Assembly (NCBI GenBank): GCA_039925985.1
Contig: JBDSXT010000002.1
Span: 2,945 to 66,944, forward strand
Source: Sphingomicrobium sp.
GTDB lineage: Bacteria > Pseudomonadota > Alphaproteobacteria > Sphingomonadales > Sphingomonadaceae
Reading direction: 5' to 3'
DNA length: 64,000 nt
In this document: one piece after another, positions 39,171 to 51,207 of the stretch
Layout of the letters: each line of letters opens with the position of its first letter
Position numbering within the stretch: position 1 is the stretch's first letter
The notes under the pieces: generated by a model
What the model saw: only the letters and a program-made list of their open reading frames with translations
Databases searched by the model: none
What the model was told of the DNA's origin: nothing
Position numbers and translations under genes: made by a program

Positions 39171-40295
39171 TCAGGCGTGGTCGATGACGATCGAATCGAT
39201 CTGGTTGGCGACATCCTCGAACGCGTCGATGATGCGCTCCAGATGCTTGTAGATTTCGCGGCGGACGGCGAAGCTAATCGGGCTGGTGTCGCGATAGGTC
39301 TGGAACGCCGATTTGAGGCCCGAGGTGTGAATCTCGTCGCCATGGCCTTCCATCCGCACCAGCCGCTCGGTCAGCTCATGGAGGCGGGCACCGTTCTTGC
39401 CGACATCGCGCATCAGCGGCATCGCTTCGGCGACCAGCCGGGCGGCATCGACCGCGATCGCCACCATGTCGCGCATCGGCGCGTCGAACTCGGTCATCTG
39501 GTAGACATCGACCGCCGATGCCGCCGACTGCATTTCGTCGATCGCATCGTCCATCGACCCGATCAGCGCGGTGATCGCGCCGCGATCGAATGGTGTGAGA
39601 AAGGTTTGGCGGATCGTCTTGAGCATCTCGCGGACGATTTCGTCGGCGTCATGCTCGCGTTCGCGGATCTCGCGAATATGCTCGTGGCACTTGGGACCGC
39701 CCTGGAACAATCGGCCGGTTGCGTCGGCCGCGGCAAGCACCGCCACCGCATGCGCTTCGAACAGTTCGAAAAACCCGCCCGTCTGCGGCAGGAGTCGCTG
39801 GAACCAGGCAAACATCGGACCCACCTTCGATTTTTCGGCAACCACGGAAAGCATGCCCGTGCGTTGTGCCGCTTTGTTGAATTCGCTTGCCCCGAACGAT
39901 CGGATCAGATCGGCGAGGTCGGGCTCGTCGACCACCGCCGCGGCATCCGCCAGGCTGAACCATCGCCGCTCGCGCTCGGCCTTTTCGGGCCAGTCGTCGA
40001 GCTCGCGATTGACCGACAACGGAAAGACTTCGACATCGGCCATCAGCGAAGCGCCGCTACCCCTGCGCTTGCGATAGCGAAAGCTCCCGAGCGGCACTGG
40101 GCAGACCGCGCCCTCGACGCCCGCTTCCTCCATCGCTTCGTCGGCCGCGCCCGTATGCGGCGCCACGCCGCTCGCCAGATTACCCTTCGGGATGACCCAG
40201 CGCTTGGTCTCGCGCGTGGTGACGAGCAGCACCGAGACCGGAGAATCCAGGGCCGGACCCGAAGACCGATAGGGAAGAGCGGCAATTTGTCTGAT
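39171..40295 (-). CDS. NUDIX hydrolase-DUF47 (Pit accessory/PhoU-like) fusion
   Basis: RQIAALPYR..LLVTTRETKRWVIPKG..EAMEEAGV, then EHDAD...TFLTPFDR...D.ID; start inferred at ATC 40295 (first standard start is GTG 40232). Confidence 0.85.
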   Translation of the reverse strand: MRQIAALPYRSSGPALDSPVSVLLVTTRETKRWVIPKGNLASGVAPHTGAADEAMEEAGVEGAVCPVPLGSFRYRKRRGSGASLMADVEVFPLSVNRELDDWPEKAERERRWFSLADAAAVVDEPDLADLIRSFGASEFNKAAQRTGMLSVVAEKSKVGPMFAWFQRLLPQTGGFFELFEAHAVAVLAAADATGRLFQGGPKCHEHIREIREREHDADEIVREMLKTIRQTFLTPFDRGAITALIGSMDDAIDEMQSAASAVDVYQMTEFDAPMRDMVAIAVDAARLVAEAMPLMRDVGKNGARLHELTERLVRMEGHGDEIHTSGLKSAFQTYRDTSPISFAVRREIYKHLERIIDAFEDVANQIDSIVIDHA

Positions 40296-40541
40296 GAAAG
40301 CCCCCGTGACGGCCCGCGACGCAGGCCGTCGATTGCAATTCTGTTCATCCGTTTTCGGCCGACGGTACTGCCGACCCTGTGCTACAAGGTGTCACCACGC
40401 AAGCCTGCAAGGGTGGTGCCCTTGTCCGCACTGGGTCGAAACCAGACATTATCTTCTTGGTCTTCGCCGGTCCCAGCGCAGAACGCACGGACAAGTCGAG
40501 ATCAGCGCACGGTCATCGCAGTCCACCAAGAGTCCCAGTCG

Positions 40542-41330
40542 TCAAGCCGCGACATAGCCTCCGTCGGCCATGTAAATCGACCCATTGCAGTAGGATGATG
40601 CGTCGCTTGCGAGAAAGGCGAGCAGATGGGCAACTTCCCCGTTGGTGCCATAGCGCCGCATCGCGATGCTGGCTTCGATCCCGCTCCGCAGGGCGGCGGG
40701 ATCGTCCGGAGCCAGCTGATTTTGGAGCGAATCGATCATGCGATTGTCGATCGGGCCTGGCCCGACCGCATTGACGCGAATGTTCGACGGGCCAAGCTCC
40801 AGCGCGGCGGTTTTGACCAGGCCGTATACCGCATGCTTGCTGGCGATGTACGGCGCCATGGCCGCAAAGCCGATGCGCCCGGCGATGGACGACAAAGCGA
40901 CGATCGAGCCGCCGCCGCGCGCCTTGAGGGGCGCCACGCAATGCTTCATCGCCAGCCACACCCCGGTGACGTTGGTCCGCATCGTGTCTTCAAATTCCTC
41001 GACCGTCAGCGCTTCGATCGGTTTGACCACACCTTCGGTTCCGGCATTGGCGATGAGGATATCGAGACCGCCAAAGCGATCGACCGTGGCGGCCACCGCT
41101 GCCGCCATACCCGCCTCGTCGACTGCGTCTGAAATGCTGCCCGCCACCTCGCCATGAGCCTCAAGCCGGCCCTTGGTCGCGGCCAGCTTGTCGGCGGAGC
41201 GGGCGACCAGCATCACCTTGGCGCCGAGGTCGAGAAAGAGTTTCGCGGTCGTTTCACCGATCCCGCCGGTCGCTCCGGTGATGATCGCCACCTTGCCGTC
41301 AAGCCGCTGCTTCTGGATCTCACTGCTCAT
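40542..41330 (-). CDS. SDR family oxidoreductase
   Basis: TGATGGIG, NAG, YIASK, RVNAVGPG. Confidence 0.92.
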   Translation of the reverse strand: MSSEIQKQRLDGKVAIITGATGGIGETTAKLFLDLGAKVMLVARSADKLAATKGRLEAHGEVAGSISDAVDEAGMAAAVAATVDRFGGLDILIANAGTEGVVKPIEALTVEEFEDTMRTNVTGVWLAMKHCVAPLKARGGGSIVALSSIAGRIGFAAMAPYIASKHAVYGLVKTAALELGPSNIRVNAVGPGPIDNRMIDSLQNQLAPDDPAALRSGIEASIAMRRYGTNGEVAHLLAFLASDASSYCNGSIYMADGGYVAA

Positions 41331-41454
41331 CGCTGCCCCCAATGGAAGCAGCTGCCCTAGCACGGGCATGCTCGCGGAAATACGATACTATCGCTGACGC
41401 CTGGCGACTTTGGGTGGAAGGTGGACACATCGATCATGGCTTGTTCGAGGCTAA

Positions 41455-42327
41455 TCAGTCGCGTCGTGAAATGAGTCGCCGCTCCAGCGTTTCTGTAACG
41501 GTCATTGTCTCCGACCGGCCGTCCGGCCATTTAGTCTCCAGATTCGTCACCTTCGTCCGGCGGCGCACGCTACCAACGGAATCCGTGTAGTACGCGACCG
41601 ATATCCTCCCCGAGATGGTCTCCTTCGCCCGCTCACGAAGTGCCACTTCAAGGGTCACCGGCTTTTTCAAAAGCTCGCCGATAACGACGTCGGAATCGGC
41701 GCTAGCACGACGAACTGCATCGGGATCGACCGACATCTCGACAGTGAAAACTTCGCCATTCGGTCCGGCCGCTTTCTTTGCCAGCGTGCCGAGCCCCAGT
41801 ATTCCGGGTTCCTGATAAGGCGCTCCCTCGCGAAGGTCAGCAGACCTCAGATCGAACGCGTCGACTGTTTTAATGACCGACTGCGGATCACACTCGATGC
41901 GAAACGCATTCCAGGTGAAAATCCAGTGCCCGCAGACGGTGCGAGGCCATTTGGCTGCCTTAAGCCAGGCTTCGAGGCGCGCTTCCAGCTCAGCGACGTT
42001 TACCAACTGCGCTGGTCCGCGAAACTGCCTGAACACACGGGCAGGCAACTGCCAATTGCTGCCCCTCTCGTCTGCCGTGGAGGATTTCGGTAGGTCATAT
42101 TCCAGCTCTAGGCCGTCCGCGCGTACGCCGATCACCCGTTCAATGATTGTATCCTTGTCGTACGAGCTTCCCGACGACGTATCGCCATTCTTTTCCGAAA
42201 ACTCCCGGATCATAGTGATTTCGTAGGTGTCGCCAACACGAGACCCAAGCTGCGTTGGCTCCGCCCAAGCATTGCTGGCTGACATGAACAGCGCTGCGAT
42301 TATTCCTGTGAACCCAATCAATGTCAT
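41455..42327 (-). CDS. Hypothetical exported protein
   Basis: Signal peptide (ASNAWA), long ORF filling the gap; no family recognised. Confidence 0.65.
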   Translation of the reverse strand: MTLIGFTGIIAALFMSASNAWAEPTQLGSRVGDTYEITMIREFSEKNGDTSSGSSYDKDTIIERVIGVRADGLELEYDLPKSSTADERGSNWQLPARVFRQFRGPAQLVNVAELEARLEAWLKAAKWPRTVCGHWIFTWNAFRIECDPQSVIKTVDAFDLRSADLREGAPYQEPGILGLGTLAKKAAGPNGEVFTVEMSVDPDAVRRASADSDVVIGELLKKPVTLEVALRERAKETISGRISVAYYTDSVGSVRRRTKVTNLETKWPDGRSETMTVTETLERRLISRRD

Positions 42328-42419
42328 TCGCGCAGACTGCGCGCTTGTTGCTGCCCTGACAATATTCGCCTGTGCCGCCGTCCTTGCCGCAGTGCAGCGC
42401 AGCATTTACATCGCATCCC

Positions 42420-45074
42420 ATGACCTCGACCAACGACATCCGCCGCGGGTTTCTCGATTTTTTCGAGGACCAGGGGCATGCGCGGGTGCCGTCGGCGCCA
42501 TTGGTCCCGCACAACGACCCGACTTTGATGTTCGTCAACGCGGGTATGGTGCCGTTCAAGAACGTCTTTACCGGTCTGGAATCACGGTCTTATTCGACCG
42601 CCGCTAGTTCGCAGAAATGCGTCCGAGCCGGGGGCAAGCACAACGACCTCGACAATGTCGGCTACACCGCGCGCCACCACACCTTTTTCGAAATGCTCGG
42701 CAATTTCGCCTTTGGCGATTATTTCAAGGACCGCGCGATCGAGCTCGCCTGGACCCTGCTGACCAAGGAATGGGGCCTGCCCGCCGACAAATTGACCGTC
42801 ACCGTCTATCACACCGACGATCAGGCATTCGACCTGTGGCGGAGCATCGCCGGCTTGCCCGAAAGCCGCATCATCCGCATCGCCACCAAGGACAATTTTT
42901 GGGCGATGGGCGCCGACGGGCCGTCGGGACCCTGCTCGGAGATCTTTTACGACCATGGCGACCATCTGCCCGGTGGCCCGCCCGGCAGCCCCGACGAGGA
43001 CGGCGACCGCTTCGTCGAGATCTGGAACCTCGTCTTCATGCAGTTCCTGCAGGAAGCCGATGCAATCGTCAGCGATTTGCCCAAGCCGCAGATCGACACC
43101 GGCATGGGGCTCGAGCGCATCGCCGCGGTGCTCCAGGGGGTCCACGACAATTACGACACCGACACTTTTCTGGGCTTGATAGAAGCGAGCGAGGAGCTGA
43201 CCCGGACCAAGGCCCAAGGCGAGCAACAGGCGAGCCACCGCGTCATCGCCGACCATTTGCGCGCTTCGGGCTTCCTCGTCGCCGACGGCGTCCTGCCGGC
43301 CAATGAGGGGCGGGGCTACGTCCTCCGCCGGATCATGCGCCGGGCGATGCGCCACGCCCATTTGCTCGGCGCGACAGAGCCGCTGATGCACCGCCTGGTG
43401 CCGGCTTTGGTCGCCGAAATGGGCGCCGCTTACCCCGAACTGGTGCGCGCCCAGCCGCTCATCGAGGCGACTCTGCAGCAGGAGGAAACCCAATTCCGCC
43501 GCACCCTGGTCAACGGCCTTCGGCTGCTCGACGAGGCGACGTCCGGGCTCGGTGAGGGCGGCACACTGCCCGGTGCGACCGCGTTCAAGCTCTACGATAC
43601 CTTCGGATTCCCCTATGATTTGACCGAGGACGCGCTCCGCGCCCGCGGGCTCGCCGTCGACCGCGCCGGCTTCGACACCGCGATGGACGCGCAGAAAGCC
43701 GCCGCTCGCGCCGCCTGGAAGGGCTCGGGCGACCGCGCTTCCGACGACATCTGGTTCGACCTCGCCGAGGAACATGGCGGATCCGAATTCACCGGCTACT
43801 CGGGCGACGAGGCGGAAGGGGTCGTGCTGGCGATCGTAGCCGACGGCAAGCGCGTCGACAGCGCCAAGACCGGCGACAAGGTGCAGGTGCTGCTCAACCA
43901 GACGCCCTTCTACGGCGAGAGCGGGGGCCAAGTCGGAGATTCCGGAAAACTAACGTCTTTGAGTGGCTTCGAAGGCAACGTTAAGGACACGTCTAAATCC
44001 CTGGGCCGCCTTCACGCGCTCGATCTCACCATAGCCGCCGGCCTCCTCAAACTCGGCGACACAGTTCACCAAAAGGTCGACTCAGAACGCCGCGATCGAA
44101 TCCGAGCCAATCACAGCGCCACCCATTTGCTTCACGCCGCGCTTCGCCACCGCCTCGGCGATCACGTCACGCAGAAGGGCAGCTTGGTCGCTCCCGACCG
44201 CCTCCGCTTCGATTTCTCGCACCCCTCGGCCCTCTCCGCAGCCGACATCGCCGCGGTCGAAACCGAAGTGAATCGCCACATTCGCTCGAACCATGCGGTG
44301 ACCACCCGGCTGATGTCGTCCGACGAGGCGATTGCCGCCGGCGCGATGGCGCTGTTCGGCGAGAAATACGGCGACGAAGTCCGCGTCCTGTCGATGGGCC
44401 GCGACGTCGACCTCGACTATTCGGTCGAGTTGTGCGGCGGCACCCACGTCAACGCGCTCGGCGACATCCAATTGTTCGTCATCACCAGCGAAGGCGCGGT
44501 GTCGTCGGGCATTCGCCGCCTCGAAGCGTTGACCGGCGAAGCGGCGCGGCAGTGGCTGACCAGCCGCGAGGCCCAGCTCCGCGAGGTCGCCGCCAGCCTC
44601 AAATCCTCGCCGGAAGAGGTGCCAGCGCGCGTTGCGGCCCTGGTCGAGGACCGCAAGCGCCTCGAGCGCGAACTCGCCGACGCGAAAAAAGCGCTGGCCA
44701 TGGGCGGGTCCGCGAAGTCGGACGAGGCCGCGCCGGAACAGATCAACGGCCACGCTTTCCTCGGCCAAATCGTCGAAGGCCTCGATCCCAAGGATCTGCG
44801 CTCGACGGTCGACACCATGAAGCAGCGCGTCGGTTCCGGCATCGCCGCGCTGGTCGCCGTCAACGACGGCCGCGCCAGCGTCGCCGTCGGAGTCACCGAC
44901 GAACTCGCCAAGCAACTGAGCGCCGTGGACCTCGTCAAGGCGGCGGTCGCGGCGTTGGGCGGCCAGGGCGGCGGCGGCCGCCCGGACATGGCGCAAGGCG
45001 GTGGCCCGGACGGGGCGAAGGCGGCCGAGGCCCTAAGCGCCATCCGCGACGCGCTGGAAAAGGTCGCAGCCTAG
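42420..45074 (+). CDS. alaS: Alanine--tRNA ligase
   Basis: [48 protein letters not shown]. Confidence 0.98.
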   Translation: MTSTNDIRRGFLDFFEDQGHARVPSAPLVPHNDPTLMFVNAGMVPFKNVFTGLESRSYSTAASSQKCVRAGGKHNDLDNVGYTARHHTFFEMLGNFAFGDYFKDRAIELAWTLLTKEWGLPADKLTVTVYHTDDQAFDLWRSIAGLPESRIIRIATKDNFWAMGADGPSGPCSEIFYDHGDHLPGGPPGSPDEDGDRFVEIWNLVFMQFLQEADAIVSDLPKPQIDTGMGLERIAAVLQGVHDNYDTDTFLGLIEASEELTRTKAQGEQQASHRVIADHLRASGFLVADGVLPANEGRGYVLRRIMRRAMRHAHLLGATEPLMHRLVPALVAEMGAAYPELVRAQPLIEATLQQEETQFRRTLVNGLRLLDEATSGLGEGGTLPGATAFKLYDTFGFPYDLTEDALRARGLAVDRAGFDTAMDAQKAAARAAWKGSGDRASDDIWFDLAEEHGGSEFTGYSGDEAEGVVLAIVADGKRVDSAKTGDKVQVLLNQTPFYGESGGQVGDSGKLTSLSGFEGNVKDTSKSLGRLHALDLTIAAGLLKLGDTVHQKVDSERRDRIRANHSATHLLHAALRHRLGDHVTQKGSLVAPDRLRFDFSHPSALSAADIAAVETEVNRHIRSNHAVTTRLMSSDEAIAAGAMALFGEKYGDEVRVLSMGRDVDLDYSVELCGGTHVNALGDIQLFVITSEGAVSSGIRRLEALTGEAARQWLTSREAQLREVAASLKSSPEEVPARVAALVEDRKRLERELADAKKALAMGGSAKSDEAAPEQINGHAFLGQIVEGLDPKDLRSTVDTMKQRVGSGIAALVAVNDGRASVAVGVTDELAKQLSAVDLVKAAVAALGGQGGGGRPDMAQGGGPDGAKAAEALSAIRDALEKVAA

Positions 45075-46834
45075 CTCGGCGGCCTGGCATCCCTGAGCCG
45101 TCGCCGCCCCAGCTTCGGCTCGACCTCCAGCTCCGCTTCCTGCTTGATCTCGGCCCGGAGCTGGGAGCGCTTCTCGTGGATGCTGGCGATCACCGGGCCC
45201 ATCGCCAGGCCGATATCGACCAGCACGGCTTCGGACAGTTGCAGCGACGCTTCGACGGTTTCGGGCACCGCGTCGGTGACGCCGGCCTTGTAGAGCTGCG
45301 CCGCATGGGCGGTGTCGCGCGCCCGCGCGATGATCGCCAGGCCCGGCCATGCGCGGTGGACTCGACGCGCAAGCCGCGCCACCAGCACCGGATCGTCCAT
45401 GGTCAACACCAGCGCCGCGGCGTGGCCGAGGTGCAGCTTATCGACCAGTTCACCGCGCGCGACGTCGCCGAACAGCACGTGAAATCCCTCCTCGCGCGCC
45501 GCCATCACCGCGTCGATGTCGCTTTCGACGGCGAGATACGGGCGCTTGTGCTCGGCAAGCATGGTCGCGACCATCTGGCCGACGCGGCCGAAGCCGAAAA
45601 TCACCGTGCGGCCTTTCGTCTCGCCTTCCGGTACCGGCTCGGGGGCGCGGCGATCGACGCCCCGGGCAGCGAGCTTGCCAACCTTGGCGAGCAGCGGAGT
45701 AATCGTCAGCCCGACCGCGGTCACCGCCTGCCAGAAGGTCGCCGTGTCGGCGGGGATCGCGCCCGATACGGCGGCTGCGCCGAGCAGGATCAGGGTGGTC
45801 TCCGACGGCGAGGCCATCAGCAAGCCGGTCTCCGCCGCCATGCCGCGACGCGACCCGCTGATCCTGAGCAGCATCGCGGTCACTGCCGCCTTGACCAGCA
45901 GCACCGCAACCAGCGCGGCGAGCAGTTGCGGCCACATCGCGGCGAGCGCATGGAAATCGATCCGCATGCCGACGGTAATCAGGAAGATGCCGAGCGCCAG
46001 CCCGCGAAACGGCGCGGTCACCACCTCGACCTCGCTGCGATATTCGGTCTCGGCGATCAACACGCCGGCAATCAGCGCGCCGAGAATTGGCGACAGGCCA
46101 ACCGCGCCGGTGGCCATGCTGGCGAGGATCACGACCAGCAGGCTGACCGCCAGGAACAGTTCCGGGCTCTTGGTCCGCGCCGCTTGGGCGAACAGGGACG
46201 GGAGCAGCAGGCGGCCGGCGACCAACATCCCGGCGATCACCAACGCGCCTTTCCACACCACGTCGGCAAGTCCCGCCGCGGCTCCCGCTCCGGCGCTGCC
46301 GAGCAGGAACAACAAAGGGACCAGCGCCAGATCCTCGAACAGTAGCATCGCGAACGCCGCCTTGCCGACCGGTGAGGTGGTGCCGGCGATCGGCAGGACC
46401 AGCGCGGTCGACGACATCGCCAGCGCAAAGCCGAGCGCTACCGCGCTGGACGATGGTGTGCCGGTGGCGATCAGCCCGCCGCCAATCAGCATCGCGCCGA
46501 GGAATAATTCGGCGGCGCCAACGCCGAACACCGCCTTGCGCATCGCCACCAGCCGCCGAAAACTGAGCTCCAGCCCAATCGAGAATAGCAGCAGGATGAT
46601 CCCCAGTTCGGCGTAGGGCTCGATTGCCGCGCGGTCGCTGATCGTCAGCGCCTCGATCCACGGATGCTCGGCGGCGAGGCTGCCGAGGCCGAACGGGCCG
46701 GCAATCATGCCGACGACGATGAACCCGATCACAGGCGAGATCTTGAGGCGCGCAAAGGCGGGGATGACGATCCCCGCCGCGCCGAGGATCACCAGCGCGT
46801 CGCGTAATCCCGATCCGCTGAGCCCCTCTGCCAT
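45071..46834 (-). CDS. CPA2/Kef-type cation:proton antiporter with TrkA-N domain
   Basis: [30 protein letters not shown]. Confidence 0.9.
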   Translation of the reverse strand: MAEGLSGSGLRDALVILGAAGIVIPAFARLKISPVIGFIVVGMIAGPFGLGSLAAEHPWIEALTISDRAAIEPYAELGIILLLFSIGLELSFRRLVAMRKAVFGVGAAELFLGAMLIGGGLIATGTPSSSAVALGFALAMSSTALVLPIAGTTSPVGKAAFAMLLFEDLALVPLLFLLGSAGAGAAAGLADVVWKGALVIAGMLVAGRLLLPSLFAQAARTKSPELFLAVSLLVVILASMATGAVGLSPILGALIAGVLIAETEYRSEVEVVTAPFRGLALGIFLITVGMRIDFHALAAMWPQLLAALVAVLLVKAAVTAMLLRISGSRRGMAAETGLLMASPSETTLILLGAAAVSGAIPADTATFWQAVTAVGLTITPLLAKVGKLAARGVDRRAPEPVPEGETKGRTVIFGFGRVGQMVATMLAEHKRPYLAVESDIDAVMAAREEGFHVLFGDVARGELVDKLHLGHAAALVLTMDDPVLVARLARRVHRAWPGLAIIARARDTAHAAQLYKAGVTDAVPETVEASLQLSEAVLVDIGLAMGPVIASIHEKRSQLRAEIKQEAELEVEPKLGRRRLRDARPPS

Positions 46835-46899
46835 GCGCCGGGTTTAAGCAGGCGGAGTGAGGCTTGTCACCGTCGGGCGGACCGCTTTAGGGTGACGGC

Positions 46900-48114
46900 A
46901 TGAAGCCAGAGGCAGACCTGATCATCGTCGGTGGCGGGCCGGCCGGGGTGATGGCCGGGCTGCTGTTCGCTCGGGCCGGATGCAGCGTCCGCATCCTCGA
47001 AAAGCACGCCGACTTCTTCCGCGATTTCCGCGGTGACACAGTCCACCCCTCGACCATGGAAATCCTTTCCCAGCTGGGGATGCTCGAGCGGTTCCTCAAA
47101 CGGCCGCACAACAAGGTGCAAAGCGCCGAGTTGCGCCTCGCCGGCCGCGCCTGGACAATCGGCGACCTGTCGCACCTCGACACGCCGGCGCCGTTCATCG
47201 CGATGATGCCGCAATGGGAGTTCCTCGATTTCCTCCGCGTCGAGGCGAAGGCGTTCCCCGGTTTCCAGCTCCAGATGGAAGCGCCGGTTGAAACTTTTAT
47301 CGAGGAGCAGGGCAGGGTGACCGGCGTCCGCCTCGCCAACGGCGACGAGCTCCGCGCGCCGCTGACCATCGCCGCCGACGGCCGCGCCTCGATCGTCCGC
47401 AGCACCGGCATGATGCCGGTGGAGGATCTTGGCGCGCCGATGGACGTCTTCTGGTTTCGCGTTGCCAAGCCGCCAGAGGAGACCGGCGGCCTGCGCGGCA
47501 ATGTCGAGCGCGGATGGTTGCTAGTGATGATCGACCGCGGCGATTACTGGCAGTGCGCATTCCTGATCCCGAAGGGCCGGGCGGAGGAATATCAGGCGCG
47601 GGGAATTGGCGCGATCCGCGAAGAGGTCGCCGCGGCTGCGCCGGGCCTCGACCTCGCCGAGCTTGACCAGGTCTCCGATCTTCACCTGCTGACGGTCAAG
47701 GTTGACCGCCTGACCTGTTGGCATCGCACCGGGTTGCTGGCGATCGGCGATGCGGCGCACGCGATGTCGCCGATCGGTGGGATTGGCATCAACCTGGCGG
47801 TCCAGGATGCGGTGGCGGCGGCCAATATCCTCGCTGGCCCTGTGGCTCGGAGCGAGCCGGTCGATGCGCTACTCGGAAAAGTGCAGGACCGTCGAATGTG
47901 GCCGACCCGCGCCATCCAGGCAGCGCAGGTCGCCGCCCAGGAACGGATCATCGGCCGCTTGCTGCAACCCGGCCCGCCGCTGACCAAGGCGCCGCTGATC
48001 GTTCGGCTGTTCGACCGCTTTCCGCTGCTGCGCCGCATTCCCGGCCGCTTCATCGGTCTCGGCGTCAGGCGCGAGCGGGTGCGGTCTCCTGAGGCGACTC
48101 GGCCTTCGCCATAG
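46900..48114 (+). CDS. FAD-dependent oxidoreductase/monooxygenase
   Basis: [42 protein letters not shown]. Confidence 0.9.
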   Translation: MKPEADLIIVGGGPAGVMAGLLFARAGCSVRILEKHADFFRDFRGDTVHPSTMEILSQLGMLERFLKRPHNKVQSAELRLAGRAWTIGDLSHLDTPAPFIAMMPQWEFLDFLRVEAKAFPGFQLQMEAPVETFIEEQGRVTGVRLANGDELRAPLTIAADGRASIVRSTGMMPVEDLGAPMDVFWFRVAKPPEETGGLRGNVERGWLLVMIDRGDYWQCAFLIPKGRAEEYQARGIGAIREEVAAAAPGLDLAELDQVSDLHLLTVKVDRLTCWHRTGLLAIGDAAHAMSPIGGIGINLAVQDAVAAANILAGPVARSEPVDALLGKVQDRRMWPTRAIQAAQVAAQERIIGRLLQPGPPLTKAPLIVRLFDRFPLLRRIPGRFIGLGVRRERVRSPEATRPSP

Positions 48115-49315
48115 CCGCTTCGAGGTTGGTGCGGATCGCCTCGAAGAATTGCTCGGTGGTCATCCACGGTTGCTCGGGGCCGACGAGGATCGCCAGATCC
48201 TTGGTCATCTGGCCCGCCTCGACCGTCTCGACGCACACCCGCTCAAGAGTCTCGGCGAAGCGGACGACATCCGGTGTGGAGTCGAACTTGCCGCGGTACT
48301 TCAGGCCGCCGGTCCAGGCGAAGATCGAGGCGATCGGGTTGGTCGACGTCGCCTTGCCCTCCTGGTGCATGCGATAGTGGCGGGTGACGGTGCCGTGCGC
48401 CGCTTCGGCCTCGATCGTCTGGCCGTCGGGGGTCATCAGCACCGAGGTCATCAGGCCAAGGCTGCCGAAGCCTTGCGCAACCAGGTCCGACTGGACGTCG
48501 CCGTCGTAATTCTTGCAGGCCCAGACGAAGTTGCCGCTCCACTTAAGCGCGGAGGCGACCATGTCGTCGATCAGCCGGTGCTGGTATTCGATCTTCGCTT
48601 CGGCAAACTTGTCCTTGAATTCGCTTTGATAAACTTCCTCGAAGATATCCTTGAACCGACCGTCATAGGCTTTGAGGATGGTGTTCTTGGTCGACAGATA
48701 GACCGGCCATTTGCGGTTGAGCCCATAGGTCAGGCTGGCGCGGGCAAAAGCGCGGATCGAATCGTCGAGATTGTACATGCCCATGGCGACGCCGGCGGCG
48801 GGAAAGTCGAAGACTTCCTCCTCGATCACCTGGCCGTCTTCGCCCTGCCACTTCATGGTCAGCTTGCCCTTGCCCGGCACCTTGAAATCGGTCGCTTTAT
48901 ACTGGTCGCCGAAAGCATGGCGGCCAACGACGATGGGGTTGGTCCAGCCGGGGATCAGGCGCGGGATGTTGGAGATGACGATCGGTTCGCGAAAGACGAC
49001 TCCATTGAGGATGTTGCGGATCGTCCCGTTGGGCGATTTCCACATCTTCTTCAGGCCAAACTCCTCGACCCGTGCTTCGTCCGGCGTGATCGTCGCGCAT
49101 TTGACCCCGACGCCATGTTGCTTGATCGCTTCCGCGGCTTCGACCGTGATCCGGTCTTCGGTCTCGTCGCGCTTCTCGATCGACAGGTCGAAATAAAGGA
49201 GCTCGACGTCGAGATAAGGCAGGATCAGCCGTTCGCGGATCCACTGCCAGATGATCCGGGTCATCTCGTCGCCGTCGAGTTCGACGAGCGGGGTCTTCAC
49301 CTTGATCTTGGTCAT
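48065..49315 (-). CDS. icd: NADP-dependent isocitrate dehydrogenase
   Basis: [41 protein letters not shown]. Confidence 0.97.
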   Translation of the reverse strand: MTKIKVKTPLVELDGDEMTRIIWQWIRERLILPYLDVELLYFDLSIEKRDETEDRITVEAAEAIKQHGVGVKCATITPDEARVEEFGLKKMWKSPNGTIRNILNGVVFREPIVISNIPRLIPGWTNPIVVGRHAFGDQYKATDFKVPGKGKLTMKWQGEDGQVIEEEVFDFPAAGVAMGMYNLDDSIRAFARASLTYGLNRKWPVYLSTKNTILKAYDGRFKDIFEEVYQSEFKDKFAEAKIEYQHRLIDDMVASALKWSGNFVWACKNYDGDVQSDLVAQGFGSLGLMTSVLMTPDGQTIEAEAAHGTVTRHYRMHQEGKATSTNPIASIFAWTGGLKYRGKFDSTPDVVRFAETLERVCVETVEAGQMTKDLAILVGPEQPWMTTEQFFEAIRTNLEAAMAKAESPQETAPARA

Positions 49316-49417
49316 GCTTCTGCCTGTTTTGAAGGGGTCGCGGCGCCTTAGGCCGCGGCCAAAGCGCGTGCAACCGCGCCGTTGTGCCAGCGCGGCGTGG
49401 CCACTAAGGGACTGGCC

Positions 49418-50167
49418 ATGCCAGAGCTCGAACAGCCCGAAAACCAGTCCGCCGGACTACCTGCCACGACCGTCAAATGGCGCTTTCCATCGGTTCATCC
49501 CGAGGGGCGTAAATTCGTTGTCCTCGCCGCCGCGATCACTTTGGTGGCTTACTGGATCAACTGGGATTTCATCGCCTTCTTGCTGGTTGGCCTGACGATC
49601 TGGGTCGCTGCGTTCTTTCGCGACCCGGTGCGAACGACGCCGCATGATCCCAAACTTATCGTCGCCCCGGCCGACGGGCTGATCACGCTGATCGCCAAGG
49701 TACCCGCGCCCGTCGAGCTTCGCGGCAATGATGGCCTCGGTGACAGCGAAATGACCCGCGTCTCGATTTTCATGAGCGTGTTCGACGTCCACATCAATCG
49801 CTCGCCGATCGCCGGCCGGGTGCGGCGGATCGCCTATGTCCCCGGCAAATTCCTCAACGCCGACCTGGACAAGGCGAGCGACGACAACGAGCGCCAGCAT
49901 TTCCTGGTCGAGGGTGCCGACGGCGTGAAGATCGGCTTCACCCAGATCGCGGGCCTTGTGGCGCGGCGGATCCTGTCGTTCGTCCGCGAAGGCGACACCG
50001 TCGAGGCCGGCCAGCGGATCGGCATGATCCGCTTCGGCAGTCGGGTAGACACTTACCTGCCCGCCGGGACCGGACCGCGCGTCTTGCTCGGGCAACGATG
50101 CAGCGCCGGCGAGACCATTCTGGCCGAGATCGGGACCGAGCCGGGCCTGCTCGGCATTAGTCAATGA
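49418..50167 (+). CDS. psd: Phosphatidylserine decarboxylase
   Basis: [29 protein letters not shown]. Confidence 0.95.
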   Translation: MPELEQPENQSAGLPATTVKWRFPSVHPEGRKFVVLAAAITLVAYWINWDFIAFLLVGLTIWVAAFFRDPVRTTPHDPKLIVAPADGLITLIAKVPAPVELRGNDGLGDSEMTRVSIFMSVFDVHINRSPIAGRVRRIAYVPGKFLNADLDKASDDNERQHFLVEGADGVKIGFTQIAGLVARRILSFVREGDTVEAGQRIGMIRFGSRVDTYLPAGTGPRVLLGQRCSAGETILAEIGTEPGLLGISQ

Positions 50168-50961
50168 GCGACGATGCCCCTCTCGATCGGGGCATGGCCT
50201 TTCGCGCGCTGGTGCCGAATGCAGTTACTGCGCTTGCCTTATGTTTCGGGCTCACCGGCGTTCGTTTCGGAATCGCTGGGGATTGGGCTGCCGCGGTCGC
50301 CTGCGTCGTTTTTGCCGGGGTCCTAGACGGAATGGATGGGCGGATCGCCCGGCTGCTAAGGGCCAACAGTCGCTTCGGAGCGGAATTGGACTCGCTTTCT
50401 GACGTCACCGCGTTCGGCGTCGCGCCGGCCCTGATCATTTTCCTCTGGTCGCTCCACGATGCGCCGCAGTTCGGCTGGGTCGCGGCTTTGGCGCTTGCGG
50501 TCTGTTGTGCGCTCAGGCTCGCCCGCTTCAATTCTCGGATGGATTCCGCCGAGCAGCCGCACAAATCCGCCGGCTATTTGACCGGAGTGCCCGCCCCGGC
50601 GGGGGCGGGACTTGCCTTCGTGCCGGTGTATCTTTGGCTGGTGACCGGCAATCAAATCTTCCGCGCCTGGTATGTCGTCATGCCGTGGGTGATTTTCATT
50701 GCCGCGCTGCTCATCGCCAGTGTCGCCACTTACAGTTGGTCGAGTTTGCGAATCCGCCGCGGCTCGAGATTGTTCGTGATCGCCGGCATCGGCCTGCTGG
50801 GCGCCGCGCTGGTTACCCAGCCATGGATTACCCTGCTGGTGATTTCACTCGTCTATGTCGCCATGATCCCGTTCAGCATTGCTTCCTATGGCCGGCTCAA
50901 GCGGCGGCGCGCAGCTGAGGGTCGGTACGCAAAATCCGCGTCGGCCGGGAACGCTGGCTGA
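50164..50961 (+). CDS. pssA: CDP-diacylglycerol--serine O-phosphatidyltransferase
   Basis: DGMDGRIAR...[16 protein letters not shown]; follows psd. Confidence 0.92.
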   Translation: MSDDAPLDRGMAFRALVPNAVTALALCFGLTGVRFGIAGDWAAAVACVVFAGVLDGMDGRIARLLRANSRFGAELDSLSDVTAFGVAPALIIFLWSLHDAPQFGWVAALALAVCCALRLARFNSRMDSAEQPHKSAGYLTGVPAPAGAGLAFVPVYLWLVTGNQIFRAWYVVMPWVIFIAALLIASVATYSWSSLRIRRGSRLFVIAGIGLLGAALVTQPWITLLVISLVYVAMIPFSIASYGRLKRRRAAEGRYAKSASAGNAG

Positions 50962-51121
50962 CCCGAACCGCAATTTGGCGGACGATCGGAGCCGTCGCGA
51001 GCATCGACTGGCCTTCCAAAGCAGAGGCAATCTTGCCGCTTCGGCTAAGCAGGTCGGCGAGGACGAGGCTGACCAGCCAAATGGCGGCTAGAAATCCGAG
51101 GGTTGCGAGCGGTGCAAGCAT
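50897..51121 (-). CDS. Small single-TM membrane protein (LexA-boxed)
   Basis: 74 aa: MLAPLATLGFLAAIWLVSLVLADLL then an Arg-rich tail; SD AGGGA. Confidence 0.6.
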   Translation of the reverse strand: MLAPLATLGFLAAIWLVSLVLADLLSRSGKIASALEGQSMLATAPIVRQIAVRVSQRSRPTRILRTDPQLRAAA

Positions 51122-51207
51122 AGTTTTGTTCCCTGTTTGGGCGTCCAACCGATTCGGAGACATTTCGTTCCGGAGCGGCCAGCAGCAGTTCATTGAACTG
51201 CCTGAAC

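Noticed and set aside
40300-40400. Pho box upstream of NUDIX-DUF47-pit
   Set aside because: Isolated GTCAC matches without 11-bp phasing.
31952-42400. Accessory patch as a prophage or genomic island
   Set aside because: No integrase, transposase, phage genes or flanking att repeats found; it looks like a gene-by-gene mosaic.
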